A DNA stretch of 64,000 nucleotides from Callorhinchus milii (lineage: Eukaryota). The translations under genes were made by a program, and so were the position numbers. The notes beneath the pieces were generated by a model, which made no database searches, was not told the DNA's origin, and was given only the letters and a program-made list of their open reading frames with translations. Shown here one piece after another: positions 37,711-50,602 of this stretch. The stretch is taken from assembly GCF_018977255.1 (NCBI RefSeq), contig NW_024704742.1, forward strand, positions 108,874,001 to 108,938,000, written 5' to 3'. Position 1 is the first letter of the stretch; every line of letters starts with the position of its first letter.

Positions 37711-40700
37711 GTCACAGTTTAGAGTCTAATCCCTCTAATATTTCTAGTTTATCGGCTTTCGCCTGTGGCAAGGTCAATTATCCTCAATATTGCTCCATTC
37801 CCATCTGAAAGTGATGACGTTCTTGAATTTATGTTTCCTCTATAATTTGCAGTTAGTGTTGCACCTCCCACATTACCAGCAACCTTTTCAGCACAGTTCA
37901 CAGGGAGATATCAAGAAAGCAACCCAACCCAACCCAAAGCATCAGCTTTGGGGCAACCCTGTGAATATAAAATACTATTCATTGTTTTATATCTAAATGT
38001 TGGCATTTTATAACAAAAACAGATTAGTTCAAAATCTACAAGATTAATGTGTTAAGTGTAACTTTTCATCAGAAGTGGATCCGTTGATAAGCCGATTCCT
38101 TAAATTATTTAAAAAGGAAATTAGCTAGATGTTCTAAGAAATAACATTGAAATGTATGGCTATTTTATGTCTGTAATTTTATTGGGTAAAGGATAACAGT
38201 TAAAAAAAATGTTTTACATTAGAGTTTTATTTTATCTTATGAAATCCACAATATTTTCTGGTGCTTAATGCTTCCGTGTAATGTAGCTCAATACTATCAA
38301 ACGGGAGCAATTCTCCTTTCCTTTCAATTCCAATGAATTGAATTTTATTTTAAAAGATACAAGTTGCATGTTGCTATTGTAATTTTGTATGAATTGCTAT
38401 TTTGAAAAAATATTGAAATGAGTCTCTGTATCCTTTAGGATTTATTGTACTGTGTATATAAGATACACTGATAAAAAAAAGTTAGCACTTTTACAGAATT
38501 TTACCACACTAAAATGTACTTTACAGTAATTATTGTAAAGAGTAGTGACTAGCTTTTTTTCGTAGGGTGCCACAAACACACATCACATGAATGAATGAAA
38601 GATTTTTGACCAGGACAATCTCCATTCTCTTTTCCAATAATGTCATGGAATTAACTAACATTGATCTGAAGAGCAAGTAAGCATCTGATCTGAAAGATGG
38701 CATATTCAATAGCACAGCATTCCTCCAGCCCCACTCTGGAATGCCATTGTAGATTATGAAGTCAGCCCTTGATGTGGTACTTGCACTACATAGACACATT
38801 GAAACTTTATGCATTGTCTGTGTTTCGCTGCTACAGTTTTTCCTATATCAACAACAACAACAACAAGATTACATTTGTATAGCGCCTTTCACATCGGGAG
38901 GACGTCCCAAGGCACTGGACAGTGCACAGCATTTCAGCCTTTTCTAAAATAGCATTATCGGCTTTTTTTTAAAAAAAGTCCACTTTCCATCTTTTTCCCA
39001 TTATCACTTAATGGTTTTACTGATTAGCTGCTTATCCAGTTCCCATTTGAATAGTGATTTTGATACATTGATGTTTCCTTAAAAACTATTTGTTGTAATG
39101 GATACTAAATTAATTACATATATCTCCCTCATTTTAAGTGTGAAACTGGCTTTGGCAGTGGTAAGGAGAATGCATGAATAATGTGCTCAGATACTCTTTA
39201 TGAGAGTGTTCAAGACTTCCCAGAAACACGCAAATTAACCTGTGGGTGTTTCAACACTAAAAATCCAATCAAATGTATTGCAGGGATCTGTCTATAGCTG
39301 ACAAAAGATTAAAGTTCATGTATCTGAGGCCTATAATGCTGTTGGTGTTAAACGTAATTACTTTGACAATGCACAATTATAATGGAAAATCTCCTTAGAG
39401 GCCAACAGAGTCAATGTTGCTGCATTGCACACGAAGCAGAATATCAGTCCTCTCTGTACCACAAGCTAAAGGAAGAGTTTCTGAAACATTGTGTTCAAGT
39501 ATATCATATATGATGATTTAGAACTTGGATTTTGAGATTGTGAAAACTCAAAAGACCATGAAGTTCTGATTTCGTATTCAAAGCCTCAAATCTTATTTAC
39601 ACCACAGATAAAGCAAAATAGTTCTGAGTGGTGATTAAAGATATATTTGCGCACAAGTTTCATGTATTTATTCTCAAAAACAACAACTTGCATTTATATT
39701 GTGTTCTTCATGTTGGATGTTTCTAAGTGCTGAGGTTGAATGCCAACAGGGAAGAGGGGTGAATTCTATTATTCTAGTAGCATTTGAACTATTGCTTTAA
39801 ACATTAAGGCCTCAATAGCAGGTATACTTAATTAAAGTGATGGCAAGAAAAGTTTTTTACAAGGTTTATCATGGCGTTTCATGTATAACTAGCATAATGT
39901 AGTGTCTGTATTAGTAGGCAAATAGCCATTTGCACAAGTTATTTGAAAGAAGAAGACAGTTATCTGCGCAACAATCTCCCAGATAAATTCACTTCATGGT
40001 TGGTTTGTGGGACCTTGCGGGACCTTGCTGTTAGAAAATTGGATGCTGTGTTTGCTTACAAACACACTGCACTTTACAGTAATTCCCTTCTGAAATACCT
40101 TGAGACCTTTCGACATAAAGGCACTCTATCAAATGAAGAAATTATTATCATCATTAGGAACAATGGATATATAATGTACTTTTGTCAATTTTTTCCTATC
40201 CTTTCACATCTTGACATTACTCACTCTTAGAGAGGCTGTAACTTCATGGGCGCTGGCTATGCTCCAGCTTAACTGTGAACCTTGACAGTGAATATCAACG
40301 GGCTGTTCAACAACAACAACTTGGATTTATAGAGCGCCCTCCATGTCGGACGGCATCTCTGAGCGCTTCACAGTAACGGATCCTGGGGCCGAGCCAGGGG
40401 GAGGGATTCAATCATGGACATTTTTCGTCTAGCATTTCTTATGTTCTTATGGAGGGCATTGTAGGCAAACCTATAATTCAATCCTCATCTGCTGATGCCC
40501 AAAAATGCATTTCCAGGGAGGAAGTAAGGAGGTCAATGAATAGTGAACAGAAGCAGAAATACTGGCAAATTTCTAACTCAGGAATACTGAGAGCAATTTT
40601 AATACCTTTGCCACTGCCCCAACTGAGATCAGCTAATTCAGCACAGACAGGAGATCAAGGCTGTGACCTTATATAATCCCTTTACAATACAGTCAATTCA

Positions 40701-41159
40701 GGCGTACCTTTTATTTACTCAAGTTTTGCATGTTCGTGTGAACCGGAATAGTAAGCCTTCAATTACATGACAATTATAGAATTATGTTAAACCAGATTAT
40801 CATTTTGGAAAAAGAAGTGAAATTCCAAATTTGCAAAACAAACACCCACAATTAACATAGAAGATGCAGGTCCTGAAATACTCCACAAACAAAGGGCTAC
40901 AGCAGCTGGTTTGTGAACGATAAGAATGAATTGGAAACCTATTTGTCTGAGCCTTCTACATATTCACAAGTTTATTGGTTGTCTTAAAATATTTCCAACA
41001 TATGGAAATATTAAGATTTATTTTGATCAACCAGTGTGTGTCTGACAAATGTGGAAAATTATCACTATGTTTAAGGATATCAAAACCAGACTGGTAGTTC
41101 CATGCATGCCACTTATACATAATAATTCCCATGTTGGAGTGGAAAGCTAACTCCCTCCC

Positions 41160-42010
41160 CCACAAGAGTTATACCCTGCTTACCTAATATCGGAGAGTAT
41201 TAGGTGCATGTTGACAAGAGCCAAGGTTTTGGGGACCCCAGTGTGTATTGCGGTACAACTGGAATTTAGCCAGCTAAAACTGCATAATTTGCCATGGCTG
41301 GCAAGCTTTCGATTGCTTATCCAGCTATGATCATAGACTTTGGCTTGCAGGGATAACAGGAGTTGAATGGGAAGAATCCCTGCCCCCAATGACTGAGCTG
41401 TTCCTTCAAGTTCTCCGAATGAGCCAGGCTGGCAGATCTGTCACCAGCAATGCCCCGGAGTATGGTGGAGCCATCTGGCTCAGGAACCAGACTACTGAGA
41501 CTGCCACAGAGGATTAACTTGATTCCAACATTCCTTGGAGCCAGTTGAGCTCCAAGGTGACCCCACTTACCTTTCCCCCAAGGAGGATAGTCACAAGTTA
41601 GTCATTTAACATCTGACAAGCACAGGTTTGAACCCTCAATAGGTGGGTGGCAGGTACCAGGAACTCTCTGCAAACTTCCTGTTGGGCAACACAGCTCAGC
41701 ATGAAAAACATGAGAGCACGGCTGAAAAACCACAGCTCGGACATACATCCCTACCCATTGAGTGATGTCCAGTGTTTCGACAAGTGTTGCTTGAGCAGCA
41801 GTTGCTTAGCTTTCTGCATACCAATCATTATGAATTCCAAGTTCTGGATACAAGAATGCATGTTCACAAGCCCAGATTCCAGGTAACGCCTGCCAGCAGC
41901 TGTCACCCCAAGCCTCAAACTTTCCTCATCAGTTATTCAACAAGCATCTGCCTTCATTATGGTGGAAGGACCTTATAGGATAGTTTGTGACATGTCAGCC
42001 GCTTTGATAT
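41160..42010. repeat. Unclassified interspersed repeat, longest uninterrupted copy
   Basis: Collinear with 23890-24985 (e.g. gtcatttaacatctgacaag, ccaagcctca, ggaaggacctt) and 44860-44985. Confidence 0.72.
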
Positions 42011-42799
42011 CTACAATGCATGAATGACCAGTAGTAATGCCATGGAATTAATTTAGAGCCAACTAAACCTGAAGCTGTATGGACAGTACAGTTTGGGTTC
42101 AAGGAACAGAATGATATGCTTTAATATGTTTTTCATTGTGGTTGGACGAAACATTGGGCAAGTTTCCTTACTCCACATTCTCAAAAGTTTAGATGGTCAA
42201 ACTCTGTTACAAGACTATCATTGTAAAATATTGAGCGAAACATTGGGCAAGCTTGCTTACTCCACATGCCTTTGTTTACCTCTGAAAAAGTCCCAACTGG
42301 AGTTTATCTTGTGGTGCTCCTGCATGCTTTTCCAAACTGGAATCCAGAATTTACAGGAAAAAACATGATAGTAGCCTCAATGTTCCTGAGATAGGAAGGT
42401 GAACTATCAGTCAAGCTTTCATCAACCTGCTTCTGATCGCTACCCAATGACTCCCGATAAAAAGTCCATATAGGTATGATGTGACAGAATCAGGTCACAA
42501 CCTTTTGACCAAACTGAGCTAAGATGACACTTGTATATCAGTATTTACTCTAACGTGGAGGATAACTTATTCTTTGTTATTCCTTGGCATTTTAGTGAAG
42601 TACTTCAGGGTCAATATCTTTCATTTTTATTACCATACAAGGACTGCACTAGCTGTCAGCATACTCTGCAATGTAGAAGATGAAAAGGGAACTGAAAATT
42701 TGGTGAAGATCTGCAACTAAATATTGTCATTTTCTATTTGATTCTCAAATGTTTAGATGTTCAAACTCTGTTACAAGAGTATCATTACAAAACATTGGG

Positions 42800-43075
42800 T
42801 GAAACATTGGGCAAGTTGCCTAGCAGTAAGTAGGAACCTGATTGTTAATCAATTGGCGGATCGCTTTTCCAAGGCAATAATTCAAAAATAAATAAATAAA
42901 TGTGGTCACTTAATCTACGACTGTTTGTGGGACATTGCTGTGCACAATTGGCTCTTGCATTTCGCCCACAGAATATACAGTCAATTCACTTTACAGTATG
43001 TTCTGTGAAACGCTTTGAGAAGTCTCAAAGATGTGATAAGGCGCTATATCAAATGCAAGGATTATTATTATTATC
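42800..43075 (+). mobile_element. SINE subfamily B body lacking the tRNA head
   Basis: cctagcagtaagtaggaacc...ggcggatcgcttttcc central segment, Deu-like 3' part, (ATT)n tail. Confidence 0.85.
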
Positions 43076-43498
43076 ATAGGGCAAATGTGAATGGATGCCA
43101 GTTAACATGAGTCTTTACTGTCTATTTTATTTGGTCTGAAATAATCACATGAAGTAACATTAACTGACTATTGCAATGTTGTGTATAGCATTTGCCTACA
43201 TTAACAGTAATGGTCTTCACTCGTTGCCATTAGTGCAAGATAAAGTAAGGCCATATAATGATAGCAGAAAATTGAAAATGAATTGAAAATGAAAAAGTAA
43301 TAATTTACAGAGAGATTGGTTTATCACCAATGGAAATGCTGTGAGTGAGGATCCTGCCCCCATTCATATAGAATGCTCAATTGCTTGGTCTAAAATAGTA
43401 GATACAGTTCTTTTGTTCAAATTAATATTAAATGATAGCCTCCCATTTAGTATGGGATGGTAGTAACAACACCACAGCATTTTGTTGGAGCATTCTGT

Positions 43499-43816
43499 GG
43501 AGTCCTGTAGCTCAGTGGTTAGAGCACTCACTTTGCAAGCGAGAGACCTGAGTTCAATTCCAGACAGGGCGAAACCTTGGGCAAGTTTCCTTACTCCACA
43601 TGCCTAATAATAATCCCTCTAAAACCAAAAGCAATAATAAATTGGTCATTTTCAATCTACGTCTGTTTGTGGGACATTGCTGTACGCAATTGGCTGCCGC
43701 GTTCACCCACAAATATACAGTCAATTCACTTTACAGTGTGTTCTGTGAAGCGCTTTGGGATGTCCTCCTGACGTGAAAAGCGCTATATCAAATGCAAGGA
43801 TTATTATTATTATTAT
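43499..43816 (+). mobile_element. tRNA-Ala-derived SINE subfamily A (full length)
   Basis: Near-identical to the 4295 copy. Confidence 0.93.
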
Positions 43817-44596
43817 AGCCAGGGTTACCACTCCTGATCATTATCAATGACACCTGCTGGGATGTTTTGAGATGCCTTCCCGATGTGAAAGACACTATAT
43901 GAACGTAAATCATATAGTATTGGAAAGTGTCTTGGGTAGACTTCAAGTGAGACCAGTTGTAAGTTAACCTGCCAATATAGCCTGCTGAGACAGCCAATAT
44001 AGCCAATGAACCGACCCGCTAATAATCATTATCTAAATTAGTGATGAGTAAACTACGTCCCGGGGGCCAATTCTGGCCCCTGGCGCAGTCAAGAAACAAC
44101 CCACCCCACCCCCAGAAATTTCTCACCAGTCTAGGTAAGTCTGTATTCAATCGACAGTGTGTTTCCAGGTTTTTCTTGATTCAATATTTAAGTATTGAAT
44201 CAAGAAAATTTATTTTATTGGCCAAACAAAAATATTGATCACCACTGATTTAGGATCATAAAAGAAGAATGGTTATATGGGTGAAGAACCAGAGGTCAGC
44301 CAGCACTAGTAAAACCTTACCCCATAAAACCATAGAGCCACAGAAATTTACAGCCATTCAGATTATTGTGTCCATGCTGTCTCTTTGAAAGAGCAATCCA
44401 TGCAGTTCCATGTATCTGCCTTTTCCCCGTTCCTCTACAAATGATGGACTCCTCGGGAGTGGAGTTGTAGAGAAGACAATTACCAAAAATATGTTTTTGA
44501 ACTGTTTCAGTCTACTGAATATACTTTTGATTGTGAAAGAGAATTGTTCACATATGTTATAGGCCACCTATAATTGCAATCTGACCTTTTTTTTAG

Positions 44597-44990
44597 TTAC
44601 CCGGGTGTCTGACACATGCGGAAACCGTGCTTAAGAGTATCCAAACCAAGCTGAGATTTCCATGCATCCTGCCTACACATGGAAGTCCCAGAGATAGATT
44701 GTTGGAATGGAATGCACACTCTTTTCCTGGAGGGACGTATCCTGCTTACCCAATTCTGGAAAGTATTAGGCTTAGGTTGGCAAGAGCCACGGCTTGGGGA
44801 CCCCAGAATATATCGCTGTCTGGCAAGCTTTCCCAATGCTTGTCCAGCTAGAACCACTCTGCCTATTAGAGCTCTGGCTTGCAGGATTAACAGGAGCTGA
44901 GTGGGATGTCTTCCTCCACCCAGTGACTGGTCTGCCTTTCCAGGTTATACCGATGAGCCAGGCTTGCTGTTCTGTCATCAGCAGACATGG
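44597..44990. repeat. Unclassified interspersed repeat, terminal portion
   Basis: T-run followed by gggtgtctgacacatgcggaaacc, the same terminus as 23700 and 29450. Confidence 0.7.
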
Positions 44991-46769
44991 GTCCAATAAC
45001 TTTCTGACCCAGATGAGTCATATTTGATGAGATGTAAACTCTACTTGTAATGCACTGAATTTATTGGGATCACAATGCTCATCAAGAGGTTATTTCAGTC
45101 ACTGAACGTGCATGCAGTTCATCTAAAAGCAAATCTCTCATAACTTCATTCAGATTGTAATGTTATACAAGATGCCAATGAGAGACAGAACTTCTCAGCA
45201 TCATATCAGAGTTCATCTGCAATCATTCCAATAGCTATAACACACTTAGAGTATGCAAATATCCACCTGTAGCACTCACATTCCTCAGTGTATGTCATTA
45301 TAATTGTCAGTTCATAGAGAATTTTGGCAACTATCCAACTTTGCAGGCAAGCCTGTCAGCATACTCTGCATTGTAAAAGATGAAAAGGGAACTGAAAATT
45401 TGGTGAAAATCTGCAACTACATATAGACATTTTCTATTTTTAAGGATGTGATTCTCAAATATTTAGATGTTCAAACTCTGTTACAAGAGTATCATTACAA
45501 AACATTGGGTGAAGCATTGGGCAATGTTTCTCAACATCTACTTCTCAAACTAATAAGATTCAAATAGAATAAAGTGTAATTTAACAAACAAGCACACAAT
45601 GTCAGTATCAATGACTAGCTACATATTCATCAAACAGCACTTCTAGGACCTATAACTTAATAATCTTTGCTTTTGATATAGTACCTTATCATATCAGCAT
45701 AACGTCTCAAAGCATTTCGCAAGATTTACAGTAGAGTGTCGATATTTATAGGCAAATGCAATGGCAATTTGTGCACAACAATGTCGCACAAACAGCAATG
45801 AAGTGAAAATGAATGATCAATTTTATTTAGTGGATTGTTGGCCAGGATCCAGAAGAAATATCCTTCTCTTTTGTAACCATTCTAAATGACTGCTGGACTG
45901 AAAGGTCCAGGTTGTTTGTCAAGACTTTATAGTATAAAGTCTCATCCTCTTCCCATAGCCAAATTCTTTAATGCCAGCAAAAATACCAGTTTTTGCAATT
46001 CCCTCTTTTTCTGTCATTTCTTACAAAGCAATTGGTTACAATCTTAATTCTGATGAGTTTCAGCAAAGGATAAAAGATTAATCACATACTGAATACCAGA
46101 AATACACAAATTGAATACACATGCACATATTCAGGCAGATGATATTCTTGCCAGACAATGCAGTACCATTCTTCTATGTAAGAGAATTAATAAGATTTTA
46201 AGACATGTCTCCTTCATATTTGGCAAATTCCATCCGAATGATATTAATTAATACAAATACAAGATTAATCTGTAAAGCGCCTTTCACATTGGGAGAATGT
46301 CCTTATGCGCTGAACAGTCAGTTGAGCATGGGGTGGGGGTGTGTGTGAGGGGTGTTGGGATCAGGAAGGTTGGAGGGCCGAGAAGGTAGGAAAGTGGCCG
46401 AAGGCACAGTCGAAGAGGCGGGTCTTGAGCTTGCCTCGAAGGAGGCAAGGCAGAGAGAGAGGCAAAAGCGAATGTGGGATGGAGTTCCAGAGTTGGGGAC
46501 AGAGAGGCTGAAGGCCCTACCACAGATGATGGGGCGGACCTAGTTGGGAACATGGAGCAGGCCAGAAACTGCTGACAATAAAAGATGAATTGTGGCTAAG
46601 TGTTACTTCATGCAATATGGAATTACCAACTGAAAAATGATGGTAGCTAAAACCATGGAGCATAATATTCACTATTCTTATTGGTTTGCGCACCATAAAC
46701 CTTAGCTGTTCTTTCTCGCTCCCCTTTCACAAGCTTGAAAGCTAATTCTATTGCCTAGTTAATAATCCT

Positions 46770-46977
46770 CAAGAAAAAACAATAATAAATTGGTCATTTC
46801 AATCCACGACTGTTTGTGGGACACTGCTGTGCGCAATTAGCTGCTGCATTTCGCCTACAAATATACAGTCAATTCACTTTACAGTCTATTCTGTGAAGCG
46901 CTTTGAGACATCTAGAAGACATGAAAAACGCTATACCAAATGCAAGAATTATTATTATAATAATTATTATTATTATA
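46770..46977 (+). mobile_element. SINE 3' half (B-type tail)
   Basis: aataataaattggtcatt...ctgtttgtgggacactgctgtgcgcaatt...(ATT)n. Confidence 0.85.
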
Positions 46978-48304
46978 GTTAATATGGCACAGAGCAGAAT
47001 CCAATCTAAACCTTCTAAACTGTTCAGTTACTGGACTTTACTACAAGGTTACCATCTGTGTACAGAATGTATCCATTAATTGTGATTTAAAAAGTGAAAT
47101 GAACTTTGCTCGATGACAGCAGGTAAAGCATGCCATTGGTTTTGTTCAGTTACTCATACTGCAGGTTATGCTTTGTGCTAATTCAACATTATTCAACAGG
47201 GACATAGGTGGTTTTCTTTCTCCAAAGGTGTGGTCTAACTCCATATGGATTTTCTTATTATTATTATTATTATGATAGTGGACTTGATTAGTTTATATCA
47301 CAATTGTCTGCAGCTTCACAAATTCTGGGAAGTAATTCAGTACTCAGTGTGGTTATAAACTCTTCAAAGAAAATTTAAAAAAAAGTGGTCACTCAATCCA
47401 CAATGTCTCGAAGACCTGATAAGGCGCTATATCAAATGCAAGTATTATTATTATAATAAATGAATCCTACTTCCATATCAATTTAAGTTTCTTGAGGATT
47501 CTTTCCCAGTACTCAAAAGGTACTATATAAATATAAATTGTATTGCATCAAAATAAAAACAAAACACAGAATATCATAGAATATACTGTGAAGTGAATTG
47601 ACTGTATATTTTGTGGGCGAAATATACAGTCAATTCACTTTACAGTATATTCTGTGAAGCTCTTTGAGACGTCTTGAAGACGTGATAAGACACAGTACCA
47701 AATGTAACGATTATTATTATTATTAGAAGAATGTGTGTACAGATAGAATATCAAATTACAAGGACATTTCACAAGGTAACAAGAGGGGTTCAGATGAAAA
47801 AAGCCTTTTGGCCCATTTGATTTCATCCTTTCAGAATACCCATCCTACCATCACCCCATTACAGCATCAATCTGTTTCTTAATGAATCTATTCTATGGCT
47901 TCTTCTGTCCATAGGATTAATATAAATAAACCTCTATAATTCTTGGAATTATCAGACATCACTCAAATCCTCTGATTTAACTGCAATGCAATTAAAGGAG
48001 GAGTTAGCACCAGCGCAACATATTGGGCCAAATGGTATCCTCTGTGCTGTAAAGTTTCTATGTTTCAATGAGAGGTGGAACAATGCAATTGAGAGATGGA
48101 TAAATACCAGATTCCATTCACTCCTGCTATGGAGCCTGGACAGCTGCATTAAAAGCAATCCATAGTTTGCAAAATGTAAATTAATAAAATATTCTTGGCA
48201 GAAGCAGATAATACCAGAAAGATGTGAACATTTTATTTGCAAAATGTTGACCCAGTCAAGCAACTCAGACTATAAGACACCCATGTGTAAAGTCACAGAT
48301 GCAC

Positions 48305-48680
48305 AGATGGTTCAAGCTCCACAATGGGACTTGGGATCCATGCAATCTTTGCTGACCCTTTAGTGCAGTCCTGGGGATGTGTTGCATTGTCGGAGGTGTC
48401 ATCTTTCGGTGAGATGTTAAAACAAGTTCCTGCCTGCATGTTCAAGTGGATATTGAAGATCCCAAAGCACTACTCAAAAGGAAGGGAGTTTCTCCTGGTA
48501 TCCTGGCCAACAATCCCCAAAATAAAATTGGTTACTCATTACATGGCTATTTGTGGGACACTACTGTGTGCAAATTGACTGCAGGTTCATCCACAAAATA
48601 TATCACTTTACTCTGTAAAGCGCTTTGAGATGTCTTGATGATGTAATAAGGCATTATGTCCAATGGAAGGATTATTATGT
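48305..48680 (+). mobile_element. Old Deu-domain SINE (AmnSINE1/SacSINE1-like)
   Basis: ggttcaag B box; gcattgtcggaggtgtcatctttcgg..gagatgttaaa..gttcaagtggatattgaagatcc..tcctggccaac Deu core; L2-type tail. Confidence 0.7.
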
Positions 48681-49336
48681 TTTTTTACACACCTTTCTAA
48701 AATGTCAAAATTCATTCTCAAAGTCTCCTTATTTATTAATCTAAACAAATGCAGATTTCTTCCCTTCCCACAATAACAATTGTAAACTAAAAGTTTCTTT
48801 CGGACAATTTGTTTGACAAATATCAGGATGAAATTAAGCAAGCTTGAAATTCCAATCCATTCAGGTATCAGCTTCAGTTACAAAAAAAAAGATCCTATAA
48901 TAACCCTTGCATTCGATATAGAGAGGGTATCGGATGCATGACGGAGGGTGGCTGAAGGCATGGTCGAAGAGATGTTTTGAGACAGGCTTGAAGGAGGTAA
49001 GGGAGGGGGTGAGATGGAGGTATTCTGGGAGTGAGTTCAAGAGGATGGGGGTAGAAAGGCTGAAGGCCCAACCACTTATGGTGGATGGGGTGGGTGAGGG
49101 ACATAGAGCAGGTGCTTACTTGATGCATACAGGAGGGAGAAAGGAATGGAGGTGTATGAGAGAGTGCTTCACAAGGATTTGTGTCAAATGTAGTGATTAT
49201 GGGTTTGCAAACAAACATGGCTGCTGCTTTGCACACATAAAGGTTACCAGGTAGCCATGAAGTGAATGTCAATGGTATCTGGAGGATTATTGGTCAGGAT
49301 ACTTGAAAGATGCTCCCTGCTCATTTCAATAGTAAT

Positions 49337-49696
49337 ATAATAATAATAATCCTTGCATTGGTATAGCGCTTTTCATGTCTTCGAGACATCTCAAAGCACT
49401 TCACAGAATATACTGTAAAGTGAATTGACTGTATATTTGTGGGCAAAACGTGGCAGCCAATTGCGCACAGCAGTGTCCCACAAACAGTTGTGGATTGAGT
49501 GACCAATTTTTTTTAAAAAAGGATTATTATCCCCAGAAAAGCGATCCGCCAATCGACTAACAACTGGGTTCCTACTTACTGCTAGGTAAACAGGCATGTG
49601 GAGTAAGGAAACTTGGCTAACATTTCACCCTGCCAGGAATAGAACCCAGGTCTCTCGCTTGCGAGGCGAGTGCTCTAACTGCTGAGCTACAGGACT
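49337..49696 (-). mobile_element. tRNA-Ala(CGC)-derived SINE subfamily B (full length)
   Basis: Head agtcctgtagctcagcagttagagcactcgcctcgcaagcgag; extra central segment gcctgtttacctagcagtaagtaggaaccc...ggcggatcgctttt; (ATT)n tail. Confidence 0.9.
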
Positions 49697-50602
49697 AAAT
49701 AGCTGGAATGTTAACAGTATTAGGTCTTTCAGTTGGATAAGAGAGGCATGTACTTTTGATTTTAATGCTTTGTACCTGTGACTGATAGTGCTGCAAAACT
49801 GCTAACATTCACCTGAAAAGGATGAATGAGACCTCAGCTTGAAGTCTTATTTGAGGGACAACGCATCAGCTTAGGGTGTGACCTCAAACTTCTGACGTGT
49901 GTTTTGAACCAGAGTTGAGTGTGCTACTAACTGAGCGAAGCTGGGACATATGAGCGAAACTTGAAGTTGGTATTTTTACATGAAGTTTCCCTCCATTACT
50001 CTTGCCTCCAGGTTTCTTTTTCCTGTATCCAGTCTAAAAATAAAGAGATTCATTCTTATTTCTAAAGTGTATTACCTCACAATTTGATACATTCAGTTCC
50101 ATCTGGCAACATTTTACCCAATGAATTAATTTGTACATTCATTAACAATGCTCTGCTTCCTTCACAATTTATTACAATTACTAATAAATAATTTAAAAAA
50201 AACTGCTGAATAGAATTTGGTGTGAATTGAAAGCCTTATTATCTTCTGATGTATTTAGGACAAATGACCACCAGGTGAATGATCAGTTAAGCTAGCTGTC
50301 GAGGGTATTGGGAGAATCCCCTTTTCTTTTCAAACAGTGGGGGAGAGGTAAGCTGATCTCCTTGGAGCTGAGCTGACGTGAGGGTTTACACGCTTGGCAA
50401 TAAGTGTATGTTGGAAATGACTCAACACTCTGTGGTAGCCTCAGTAGTCTGTTTTCAGAGCAGGGTGGGTCCACAGTAATGCAGGGAACTGCTGACGACA
50501 GATCAGCTAGCCTGGCTCCTGAGGCACAAATTGGGGGAAGAGACTGTGAACCATTGTTGAGACAATGCAACCTCTGACAGTGCAATTCACCTTCAGCACT
50601 GC

